IMG/VR virus record: IMGVR_UViG_3300042294_002093
Span: 1 to 64,000 of that record
Direction: 5' to 3' (one strand)
Source: a virus
Taxonomy: Duplodnaviria; Caudoviricetes
DNA length: 64,000 nt
This document shows, in pieces, positions 6,716-15,057 of the stretch. The first letter of the stretch is position 1. Each line of letters begins with the position of its first letter. The position numbers and the translations under genes were made by a program. Below the pieces are notes generated by a model. It was not told the origin of the DNA. It made no database searches and was given only the letters and a program-made list of their open reading frames with translations.

Positions 6716-6917
6716 GTATGATTATCTATGTACTAACTGTGATGCTTTAATTGAAGTTACCGCCCTGGAAATACCAAGAGTAGATCCTGATTGTATTTGT
6801 GGCAATGGAATGGTTATTAATATTGGTACATCTCCTGCTTTTGAGCCTATCATTACAGATGTGAGCAAGGTCACACCTACTAGACTTGTCAAAATCAACA
6901 CCAACCCTTATAATTAA
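6705..6917 (+). CDS. zinc-ribbon-like hypothetical protein
   Basis: YDYLCTNC...CIC motif. Confidence 0.55.
   Translation: MWTKYDYLCTNCDALIEVTALEIPRVDPDCICGNGMVINIGTSPAFEPIITDVSKVTPTRLVKINTNPYN
6860..6875. promoter_or_regulatory. CRP-type box (perfect) upstream of TTGTCA-N17-TATAAT (6886-6914)
   Basis: TGTGAgcaaggTCACA; lies inside the 6705 ORF. Confidence 0.6.
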
Positions 6918-6920
6918 TAT

Positions 6921-7073
6921 ATGGACCTAAACACATTAAGAGAGTATATAAGAATTCACACAATATCCCTTGAACAGGATTTGCAAAACGAGGACGGTGC
7001 TGATAGTATTGTTCCTTACCTTGAAGGAGCCATTCACGTATCTAAGCACTACTTGGAGATGATTGATGAATGA
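6921..7073 (+). CDS. 50 aa hypothetical, probably leaderless
   Basis: manual translation MDLNTLREYIRIH...; ATG 6 nt after TATAAT. Confidence 0.6.
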   Translation: MDLNTLREYIRIHTISLEQDLQNEDGADSIVPYLEGAIHVSKHYLEMIDE

Positions 7074-7344
7074 ATTATCAGATAGTTTAGCACCACACCT
7101 ACAACGCATGGTAGACGCTGGAGTATCAGGTCTTGATATTATGCATGGTGAGTTAAAGAATCTAATGTTAATTGCTGAGCAAGACCTTGCAAGCGCATTG
7201 GAGCAAGAAGAGAAGTCTGAAGAGGCAATGGATTCTATGGTCCGTACAGAATGTGAAGGACGATTAGATATGCTAGTAGAACTATATAAACTAACATATG
7301 ATTTATCATTTGCTATCAATGACAGGACAAAGAGCAATGAATAA
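7063..7344 (+). CDS. hypothetical helical protein
   Basis: ORF track. Confidence 0.7.
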   Translation: MMNELSDSLAPHLQRMVDAGVSGLDIMHGELKNLMLIAEQDLASALEQEEKSEEAMDSMVRTECEGRLDMLVELYKLTYDLSFAINDRTKSNE

Positions 7345-7771
7345 CTTTATTGAAATGGATTATGATGAATGGTTTGATACCTATAAGCCCATCCTTAATC
7401 ATATAGATACAAATGCTTCCTTTGACGGTACGATGTTTGAGACCTATGGTGATGAGGTAGAGTTTGTTAAATCTCAATCCCCTGACAAAATCTGGATGTA
7501 TGGGGACGGAGACGACGGTGGCTCTTTCATATGGGCAGGTTGGGGATTTGTAAATAGAATAGGATACTTTATCACTGAGGTTCCTTTCCCTGCAGATACA
7601 GATATACAAATCAGAGTTAGCCACAACTGGTTCTATTGCGAATCCTGTAGCGCTGAATTCGAAGACCCTAATAATACTATTAGAGATGCCTTTGATGAGG
7701 CAGACTTGCAAAAGTGCCCAGAGTGCGCTACAATTGAGGAAATGACCCTAGTAGGATTGGACAACAAATGA
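7337..7771 (+). CDS. hypothetical protein with C-terminal CxxC..CxxC
   Basis: ORF-track 7298..7771; FETYG and GWGFVNRIGYFIT motifs. Confidence 0.7.
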   Translation: MNNFIEMDYDEWFDTYKPILNHIDTNASFDGTMFETYGDEVEFVKSQSPDKIWMYGDGDDGGSFIWAGWGFVNRIGYFITEVPFPADTDIQIRVSHNWFYCESCSAEFEDPNNTIRDAFDEADLQKCPECATIEEMTLVGLDNK

Positions 7772-8106
7772 AAACAGAAATAACTGGACTAACATATATT
7801 GGTTCTTTTACAGTAGATTCAGGACAGGCCATGGTCGGTGACCCTTGCTATCTTGATGAGTGGAAAAACTGGGACTCAGATAAACAAAACTTTGATGAGC
7901 ACCCTAAGCATAAAGGTGAATACAGTTACCTAGGTGCCTCTAATGCTACAATTGTAGAAGGCTTTGGTGACCTTGGCCTTGGCCGTGCTGTTGCCTTTTC
8001 TACTGGATACGGTGACGGTATTTATCCTGTTTACGCAAAATTAGACGGAACTCGTGTTTTAAAAATTATTATCGACTTTGAAACAGAGGATGAGGAGTCC
8101 AACTAA
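7768..8106 (+). CDS. DUF4241-like hypothetical protein
   Basis: VDSGQ..GDPCY and STGYGDGIYPV motifs. Confidence 0.6.
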   Translation: MKTEITGLTYIGSFTVDSGQAMVGDPCYLDEWKNWDSDKQNFDEHPKHKGEYSYLGASNATIVEGFGDLGLGRAVAFSTGYGDGIYPVYAKLDGTRVLKIIIDFETEDEESN

Positions 8107-8263
8107 TGGCAAGATGGGAAATTGAAGTAATCTTTGAACCAACAGGCGACTACATGAATTTTGAATATGAGACTGACAATGAAGATGAAGACAGCATCTT
8201 TAATGAGATAAGTAATCAACTATCAATCGTACCTAACCTAGTAGAGAGTAATGAGGTAGAGTA

Positions 8264-8614
8264 ATGGGAGCACGTATTAACTTTGTATTTAGGGACCGTG
8301 AGGATACCCCTGCAGTAGTACTATATAGCCACTGGGGTGAGACTGAATGGCAGCGGGACATAGCAATGGCCCTGGAGCATTCAAAACCTAGATGGGAAGA
8401 CACATCCTACTTTACACGTATGATGATCAGTTATCTTATTCAAGATGAAATATTAGGGGAAACAGGGTTTGGTATTTTTGCTATTAATGATATCACTCAG
8501 GACCTAGGTGATGACACTGTAATTATTGACATGACTAATAAAACTATCATGAGCAATGTAGCGGTTGATTGGGATAAATTTGTGGCTGCTTACTCGCCAC
8601 TCGTCAACGCCTAG
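8264..8614 (+). CDS. hypothetical phage protein (MGAR...LYSHWG)
   Basis: ORF track; GAGG SD. Confidence 0.75.
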   Translation: MGARINFVFRDREDTPAVVLYSHWGETEWQRDIAMALEHSKPRWEDTSYFTRMMISYLIQDEILGETGFGIFAINDITQDLGDDTVIIDMTNKTIMSNVAVDWDKFVAAYSPLVNA

Positions 8615-8643
8615 AGAGGGGTCTACTAGGCTGATAACAAGGT

Positions 8644-8688
8644 GGGGCGCTGAGATTCTTGCCAGTCTTGCGCCCCCCTTACTTTTTT
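8644..8688 (+). terminator. GC-rich hairpin plus T-tract
   Basis: GGGGCGC...GCGCCCC followed by TTACTTTTTT. Confidence 0.55.
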
Positions 8689-8712
8689 GGTATAATGAAA
8701 TAGAGGAGAGTT

Positions 8713-8931
8713 ATGACATACAGCGTTCGAAGAAAACCTGAGAATACAAAAGAACAGCGTTATGCTGAGAGAATTGCTAAACTCCTCAATGAGGACATGG
8801 GACTTAACTTAGAAGCGGTTGGTTATTTTTTAGTTAGAAATAATCCTGTTATAGCCTATAAGCGTTTAGAGGTAGTTAGTTTAATGGCAGGGGAAGAATA
8901 TGATACACTTATGGAAGAGATGAAAGGTTAA
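8713..8931 (+). CDS. hypothetical protein
   Basis: ORF track; GAGGAG SD. Confidence 0.7.
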   Translation: MTYSVRRKPENTKEQRYAERIAKLLNEDMGLNLEAVGYFLVRNNPVIAYKRLEVVSLMAGEEYDTLMEEMKG

Positions 8932-8937
8932 CTAACT

Positions 8938-9231
8938 ATGGCAATACCTAGCGCAGACAAAGCGGCGATCCTATCCCAATTTTGGATGGAATTTAGAGAT
9001 GATGAAGAGTTAAAAGATTTTGTAGAATTTAACGATATGGGATTACCCCTAGCATTTTTCGTGGCATCAGGAATAGTACAAGAAAGTCCAATGGCAGAGA
9101 CATACATTTCAGAAACATTTGATTTATTTTTAGTTGCTCTTGAGATTGAAGAACAAGAGATTGACGGAATGGAAACACTTAATGATGTCTTGGACTATGC
9201 AAGGTCTAAGAAAGAAGGAGACGTCAACTAA
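8938..9231 (+). CDS. hypothetical acidic protein
   Basis: ORF track. Confidence 0.7.
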   Translation: MAIPSADKAAILSQFWMEFRDDEELKDFVEFNDMGLPLAFFVASGIVQESPMAETYISETFDLFLVALEIEEQEIDGMETLNDVLDYARSKKEGDVN

Positions 9232-9285
9232 GTTTAACACACATCCTGCTATTGCAGGGGTGGGGCTGGCCACATAATATCATAT

Positions 9286-9922
9286 CAAACCACATTTGTC
9301 AAACCTTATTACGATAGATAAAAAAATTTCCCAGATCCTTGGCCAAACCTTATTACGAAGAGTATAAAAATTTCCAGATTCTTAGACAAACCTTATATAT
9401 CAAACCTTTATATCTCCCAAACCTTTATTTCTTATATCAGGTGTATAATAATCATATGAGTCCAAGACATTTTTCAAGAATGATGAATCCTCAAATGGCA
9501 AAACAAGAAGATGAGGCTTTGGCACAAGCCTTTACTTCCTTTACTGTTGCTATTGGATTAGGAAGATACTTTACTTCATCCCCCGCCGTTCAAATGATTA
9601 ATAGTCCTATCGAAGATCCCGCCAAAGCGGGGGATCAAAAGATAAACCATGGATCTTTCTACAAGTAATACCCTATATACAAACACTATATTATCCAAAC
9701 ATTATTTTCTGATGTTTTTGATATTTTTTATATCTTTTTAAATAAAATATTACGATAATCAAACATTTATCCTGAAATTTGGACAAATTTGTCATAGTGT
9801 TTTGGTACAAAACATACTTGACAAACACTAATGTTTGGTATATAATCCGCTATGGGGATATGAAGATATAAGGTTTGGATATGTGGTATAAGAGATAGGA
9901 AGGTTTGGGGATAGGTGGTTTG
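9286..9922. repeat. iteron-like CAAACC repeats (six forward 9286-9423, three inverted 9872-9922) including a ~44 bp tandem duplication
   Basis: caaaccttattacga at 9300 and 9344; GGTTTG at 9872, 9902 and 9917; AT-rich core ~9700-9765. Confidence 0.6.
9456..9668 (+). CDS. hypothetical protein, probably leaderless
   Basis: ORF-track 9339..9668; ATG 9456 follows TATAAT. Confidence 0.45.
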   Translation: MSPRHFSRMMNPQMAKQEDEALAQAFTSFTVAIGLGRYFTSSPAVQMINSPIEDPAKAGDQKINHGSFYK

Positions 9923-10077
9923 GGCCGTGGGGATTACGACGCCCTTATTAAAAATGCTCAATACTCCACTATCCTCCACTTCACTCCACTTCTAGACTAT
10001 CTAATTAAATTATCAGTAAGATTAATATGTGAACAACTCTTATTGACAAACCACTTTATTTAACATATAATAGATAT

Positions 10078-10266
10078 ATGATAAATCTCAGAGGTATCCC
10101 AACACCTGTTTGTCCTTGTTGTGGATCAAGTTTATTAAGGGTAACAGTCCAGTTTGATCAAGAAACCTATGAGATCGCAGGGTATCTATTAAATGATGCT
10201 CAGTGTATGGAGTGTAAATGTCTTATTACAGCACCTACTCCATTAGACCATCCAGACTATATCTAA
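10078..10266 (+). CDS. zinc-finger microprotein (CPCC...CMEC), leaderless
   Basis: TTGACA-N17-TATAAT-N6-ATG. Confidence 0.75.
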   Translation: MINLRGIPTPVCPCCGSSLLRVTVQFDQETYEIAGYLLNDAQCMECKCLITAPTPLDHPDYI

Positions 10267-10426
10267 CCTGATCAAAACCATGATATGATCTATTAATGAT
10301 TAACCTAGATGTCTTATGCTTTAATTGTGGTGCTATGTATCAAGTAGCCTATGGAACAAAAAATATCACCAAACAATGTCCAAAATGCAACGGTAAATAA
10401 TAACCATGCTATACTGATTAAGGCGA

Positions 10427-10497
10427 TTCAGGTTCCTATAATGGTCGTAGAGCAGTTTCCGAAACTGATAATGAAGGTCCGATTCCTTCACCTGAAG
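10427..10497 (+). tRNA. tRNA-Arg(CCG), atypical
   Basis: TTCAGGT/ACCTGAA acceptor, loop TTCCGAA, T-arm GAAGG-TCCGATT-CCTTC. Confidence 0.65.
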
Positions 10498-10682
10498 CCT
10501 ATTTGTTAACCTTCATGTGCTAGTATAGGGTTATGGAATGTAAACACTACTATGAAATTGATCTAGATGGCAAGGTAACTTGCTATAACTGTCATGCTGT
10601 AGTAGATGAAACTAAAACAAATAATGATGATTTCTGGGAATCGCAAATGAGTTTTGAGGAATAAAACCAGGGTAAATAAAGA

Positions 10683-10997
10683 TTACGATACACCCTTTAT
10701 AGCCTTATTGACCATACGTATCAAACCTTTTCTTGTTATTTTTGACGCATCAAATGTCTCCGTATAACCCCCTTGTGGCATATCTTCCTTATCTAGGAAA
10801 GAACCATGTTTATTAGTAAGTGTCTTTACTACTATAGATTCTACTGCTCTTGCTTTATCCCGTTCGGAAAACCACCAATACTTGATTAATATCCAACCCT
10901 TGGTCTTATGGCTTGCAAACCTTTTACCTGAGATATCTGATATCCCTATTTTGATAGCCTTGTGTATAGGGCTATAGAGTATGTATAGTAGGGTCAT
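10683..10997 (-). CDS. GIY-YIG/T5orf172-like nuclease-domain protein
   Basis: LLYILY...IKIGIS...R...E...GGYTETF pattern; leaderless start after TATAAT. Confidence 0.6.
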   Translation of the reverse strand: MTLLYILYSPIHKAIKIGISDISGKRFASHKTKGWILIKYWWFSERDKARAVESIVVKTLTNKHGSFLDKEDMPQGGYTETFDASKITRKGLIRMVNKAIKGVS

Positions 10998-11045
10998 AGG
11001 TATATTATACTTGACATTCCCTTCGATTTTTGATATGATGAATAC

Positions 11046-11243
11046 ATGACAAATCATATGAAAAATTCAATTTGTGCCTATGAGCGTGAAGAGCCTTATT
11101 TTACTAACTATCACTGGTGTACTAGATGTCCTTCTGCTGATGAGTACCGTGTGATAGAGCGTCAACAAAAACTTAAGTGGGCAAATTTTAACAAAGAAAA
11201 AGCCGCTGCTTTGAAAAATAAAAATATAAAGAAAGATAAATAA
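11046..11243 (+). CDS. hypothetical basic protein
   Basis: ORF track; TTGACA-N17-TATGAT promoter directly upstream. Confidence 0.6.
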   Translation: MTNHMKNSICAYEREEPYFTNYHWCTRCPSADEYRVIERQQKLKWANFNKEKAAALKNKNIKKDK

Positions 11244-11431
11244 TATGAGAAAAATCAATGACAAAGTATCACAGCATAAAGTAAAAAGAGCAAAAAAGAA
11301 TAAAAAAAGAATCTCCGCCCACCCATATCACAAGATATCAAGGTTTGAAAGAGAGCAAGAGTTTATCAGAAGAAGGATCATTGCTTCTGGAATTTCTGCG
11401 TAAGCAGCAAAAATAGGATACTAATAGAATC

Positions 11432-11539
11432 ATGTCAAGGATAGTCATTTGCTCTACTTGTAACAAGGAATGGGAACTTAGATGGGGTATCTTTGCTCAC
11501 GAATCATTGGCTAGGCATATGAAGGATACTCACCGATAG
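11432..11539 (+). CDS. 35 aa C2H2-type zinc-finger microprotein
   Basis: manual translation MSRIVICSTCNKEWELRWGIFAHESLARHMKDTHR. Confidence 0.55.
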   Translation: MSRIVICSTCNKEWELRWGIFAHESLARHMKDTHR

Positions 11540-11591
11540 TGCCCTTGTAGGGCATGGAGAGGTTTTGTTACTTCTATTTTTCGCCGAACTT
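11536..11591. repeat. 56 bp dispersed element, copy 1
   Basis: ATAGTGC hairpin ... TTCTATTTTTCGCCGAACTT; same spacing as the copy at 12074. Confidence 0.65.
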
Positions 11592-12073
11592 TGATATACT
11601 AGATATAACGACAGGAGGTTAGAGTGATTAATTTATTATTTCTTATACCAGCATTTATTTTGGGATACGTTGCATGTTATTTTGTAATGACATACAAGGT
11701 TGACTAATGAAAGAACCTAAGATTATAAGCATGGATTGGCGTGGCCTTGGATATTGGCCTGTCTGGAAAGATGGTAGAATAGTATGGGAAAAAGAAGATA
11801 AGGAAACTTGTGATTAAAAGTAAAGAGTGGCGAGTCAGTAATAAGGTTTGGTTTTCTGCTGGTTTTTCTTCCCGTAGGTTTGGATTAGGGTTTAGTGTAG
11901 ACAAATATAACCTAAGCATAGACTTTGTGTGTTTCTGGATAAACCTTGAATATTAATGAAATAGTCAGGATGTCTGTTATTATGACTGAAATAGATACTG
12001 GCTTTATTATTACCACAGAATATCGTGAAGATATGATTAAAAGAATAGTGGCCAAAATAGAAAAATCTATCTA

Positions 12074-12129
12074 ATAGTGCACTGCTAGGTGCATAGATTA
12101 GTTTACTCTTTCTATTTTTCGCCGAACTT
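12074..12129. repeat. 56 bp dispersed element, copy 2
   Basis: identical 20 bp 3' block and a covarying hairpin. Confidence 0.65.
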
Positions 12130-12156
12130 AAAAAATTTATAGGGTATAATTAACAT

Positions 12157-12765
12157 ATGGCACACATAGTTAACAATATTCCAGTTGGTCACGATCCAAG
12201 CGAAATTGAGCGTATTCAGTCTTATAATGATTTTTTTGAAAAAGTTGGTAACTCATCAGAAAATATCAAACTAATATCAAATTTTTTATCCGATGATGAG
12301 ATTAAGTATTTGCTTGATAATGTTACTGAAAACAGAAAATTTAGTTTTGAGTCACAAAAAGATGATTCAGGTAATGCTATAAACTGGATGCACATTTATG
12401 CTGGTATAGAAGATAAGTTTAAGATTCGAGATAAAGTAAAAGTAGAAATTGTCAGTGCCTATGGCTTTGACTCTATACGCCCTAAAGAGTCTCATCTGCA
12501 AGTGGCTAAATGGGAAAAAGGAACTAGTTTAAACTTACATGTTGATGATCTGGGATATGTTACAGACAATCATATCCCTACTCTTATCTATTTAAATGAT
12601 GATTACGAAGGTGGCGAAATTAGTTTTGCTACACACGATATTACTATAAAGCCTAAAGTTGGAGATCTTTTAATATTCCCTGGAAATATGCACTATGCAC
12701 ACGAAGTAAAAGAAGTGCTTTCTGGAACAAGATATACCCTGCCAATCTGGTTTACAATCATATAG
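12157..12765 (+). CDS. 2OG-Fe(II) oxygenase (prolyl-4-hydroxylase-like)
   Basis: HVD...YLNDDYEGGEI...HEV...RY. Confidence 0.85.
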   Translation: MAHIVNNIPVGHDPSEIERIQSYNDFFEKVGNSSENIKLISNFLSDDEIKYLLDNVTENRKFSFESQKDDSGNAINWMHIYAGIEDKFKIRDKVKVEIVSAYGFDSIRPKESHLQVAKWEKGTSLNLHVDDLGYVTDNHIPTLIYLNDDYEGGEISFATHDITIKPKVGDLLIFPGNMHYAHEVKEVLSGTRYTLPIWFTII

Positions 12766-12779
12766 GGTATAATTAAATA

Positions 12780-13046
12780 ATGACAGATGGCATATCAAAA
12801 GAAACCAATAAAAAAAGAAAACTTCTTGATGGATCTGAGGTAAATGATTACGACTACCCCATTGATCTAATTCTGCACACAAAGGCTCCTGGAAAATGGA
12901 AGTTGATAGACCTTGAAACTGGTCAAGAGTATCTTGGATCAGATATATCACACGAAACATTTGGAGAAATATTAAGAACTAAAGTGGCAAAGTCTAAAAT
13001 TGGTTCTTGGTTTAAAACAAAAGGAAGAACAATAAACAATGGATAA
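12780..13046 (+). CDS. hypothetical protein
   Basis: ORF track; leaderless promoter. Confidence 0.7.
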   Translation: MTDGISKETNKKRKLLDGSEVNDYDYPIDLILHTKAPGKWKLIDLETGQEYLGSDISHETFGEILRTKVAKSKIGSWFKTKGRTINNG

Positions 13047-13890
13047 TGTAAATAAGCCTATAACATTTCACTGGATGTGGAGAAGGCATTGGCAGATAAA
13101 CGATAGTATTGAAAACTTAGATCTAAATGGAATTCTTAATATGGCTAAAGAACTAGACGGTGCTAACGTAAAATCTGTTTTACTCCCTTATGGGCCAGGT
13201 GGCATTGACTTTTCTTTAGTTATACAAGAAGCATTACAAAAAACAAATCAATTAATTATGACTATTGCTTTACCAGCATATGGAACAAGCCCAGATTATG
13301 CTGCCAAAATTTGTGAAACATTAAATCGCTTTGCACCTGGAAGAATTGGTGTAAATCTTGTTGCTGGAAGATGGGGAGATGAAGGCAATGGACCTTCTGA
13401 AAAACTAGTTTTAGATCACTATATGCACGACTCAAGTTTGATTGATACATTGGAAAAAAGAGTAGCAATATCTGCAGTATGGATGGACAAAGTTATGGAT
13501 TTGATGAAAAGACATCAACATAAAACACACATGGCTGTTGTAGGATCTTCGGATACAACAATCCAAATAGCAAACAAGCATTGTGAATACATATATGTAG
13601 ATGACAATTTATTGTACAGAGATCAGTTTAAAAAAATTGATCTTGGTCGTGTAAAACCAATACTTATTATTGATCCACTTATTATTAATCATCCAGATGA
13701 AGAACAAAAAATCAAGTATGATAAAAATGCACCAGTTAGAAAACAACATCATCATGTAAAAGGAACACAGGAAGAAGTTGTTCGTCAAATTAGAGATTTA
13801 TCAAATAAATTTAATATATATGATTTTATGATTCACACTGATCAAGCAGACATAAGTCAGTTATTAAAATTAGTAAAGGAGTTTAATTAA
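13039..13890 (+). CDS. luciferase-like (LLM) flavin-dependent monooxygenase-like protein
   Basis: SPDYAAK..TL.RFAPGRIGVNLVAG and GT.EEVVRQI motifs of the SsuD/LLM fold. Confidence 0.6.
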   Translation: MDNVNKPITFHWMWRRHWQINDSIENLDLNGILNMAKELDGANVKSVLLPYGPGGIDFSLVIQEALQKTNQLIMTIALPAYGTSPDYAAKICETLNRFAPGRIGVNLVAGRWGDEGNGPSEKLVLDHYMHDSSLIDTLEKRVAISAVWMDKVMDLMKRHQHKTHMAVVGSSDTTIQIANKHCEYIYVDDNLLYRDQFKKIDLGRVKPILIIDPLIINHPDEEQKIKYDKNAPVRKQHHHVKGTQEEVVRQIRDLSNKFNIYDFMIHTDQADISQLLKLVKEFN

Positions 13891-13891
13891 T

Positions 13892-14446
13892 ATGCAGATA
13901 TCTGAAGAAACTAAAGAAAAATTTAATAAAATAGGTAGCGGTATTGATAACGTAAAAATATTTAACAATTATCTTGGTGCAGTTGAATGTAAAAATATTA
14001 TTAAGTTAATTAAAATAACACAAACAAGTAATAGTAGGCTTCTTCAATCTGAGGAGTCATCTGGACACAATACGCTGTCTTTGGTGTATTACGACTCACT
14101 TTCTCTTCCAGAAAAATATGTACCAGGAATTAATTCTATTGTAGAAAAAGAATATAATGTAAAATTAAAGGCAAGACATTCTCGTTTTGCTGAGTGGAAA
14201 CACAACAACAGTAAGTCAATACCAATAGATGATATGGGTTCTAAAGATTCAAATCATATTGCTGGTTGGGTATATCTTAATGACGATTATGAAGGTGGAG
14301 ATCTTTCTTTTATTAATCAAAATTTATCTTTTAAGCCAAAGACTGGCGATTTAGTTTTATTCCCTGGAAATATTCACTATTGGTATAACGTAGGACCTGC
14401 AAATGGGTCAAGGTATATAATGCCAATTTGGTTTGATTTTTTATAA
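13892..14446 (+). CDS. 2OG-Fe(II) oxygenase-like protein, metal ligands degenerate
   Basis: YLNDDYEGGDL...FPGN core, but PID replaces HVD and YNV replaces HEV. Confidence 0.7.
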   Translation: MQISEETKEKFNKIGSGIDNVKIFNNYLGAVECKNIIKLIKITQTSNSRLLQSEESSGHNTLSLVYYDSLSLPEKYVPGINSIVEKEYNVKLKARHSRFAEWKHNNSKSIPIDDMGSKDSNHIAGWVYLNDDYEGGDLSFINQNLSFKPKTGDLVLFPGNIHYWYNVGPANGSRYIMPIWFDFL

Positions 14447-14462
14447 TGGTAGAATTAGTTAT

Positions 14463-15029
14463 ATGAAATATAAACTTCCTTATTTATTAACCTATCCAAG
14501 AAGCGGTTCTCATTATTTTGATGACCTTGTTTATAAAGAAGCAAAAATCCACATTGAAAAATCTCATTTTGTAAATTTGCTATTTGATAAAAATAATAAT
14601 AAAGAAAAAACAATACTCACAATAGTAAGAGATCCAATAGATAGCATTAATTCTGTTGTAGCAGCAGAAACACAGAATGCATCCATGAGAATAAACCCAC
14701 ATTTTGTTAGGCCAAAAGTTAATGAACTTATAACATTCTACATATTGCTATATAGTTTTTTGTGTGACCATGCAGATTACGTTATTGATTTTAATGATTT
14801 AGTAGAATATCCAGATGCCGTAATTAAAAAAACATTGAATTTATTAGAAATAAATGAAGAAAATTATAATCTTTTTTATAGAGGAGAACAGCCCTATGCT
14901 AAAGAATATATTCCATCAAGCAAAAAATTACCAAATTATGACAAAGATATTCTAAGCAAATATAATTTTAATATTGATTTGTGCTATTTTTACTATAACA
15001 GGCTTTTAGAAAAAAAGATTATAGTTTAA
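14463..15029 (+). CDS. sulfotransferase-like P-loop protein
   Basis: TYPRSGSH (5'-PSB-like) and IVRDPIDS (3'-PB-like) motifs. Confidence 0.6.
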   Translation: MKYKLPYLLTYPRSGSHYFDDLVYKEAKIHIEKSHFVNLLFDKNNNKEKTILTIVRDPIDSINSVVAAETQNASMRINPHFVRPKVNELITFYILLYSFLCDHADYVIDFNDLVEYPDAVIKKTLNLLEINEENYNLFYRGEQPYAKEYIPSSKKLPNYDKDILSKYNFNIDLCYFYYNRLLEKKIIV

Positions 15030-15057
15030 TAAACTTGTAGATATGATATAATTTTAT

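Noticed and set aside
1-10000. LexA SOS boxes (TCGAAC-N4-GTTCGA) in early promoters
   Set aside because: None found by eye; the damage-type motif present is the PafBC one.
9300-12129. 44 bp tandem repeats or the 56 bp element as a CRISPR array
   Set aside because: Only two or three units, no unique equal-length spacers, and no cas operon; the Cas4-like gene sits in a normal phage recombination block.
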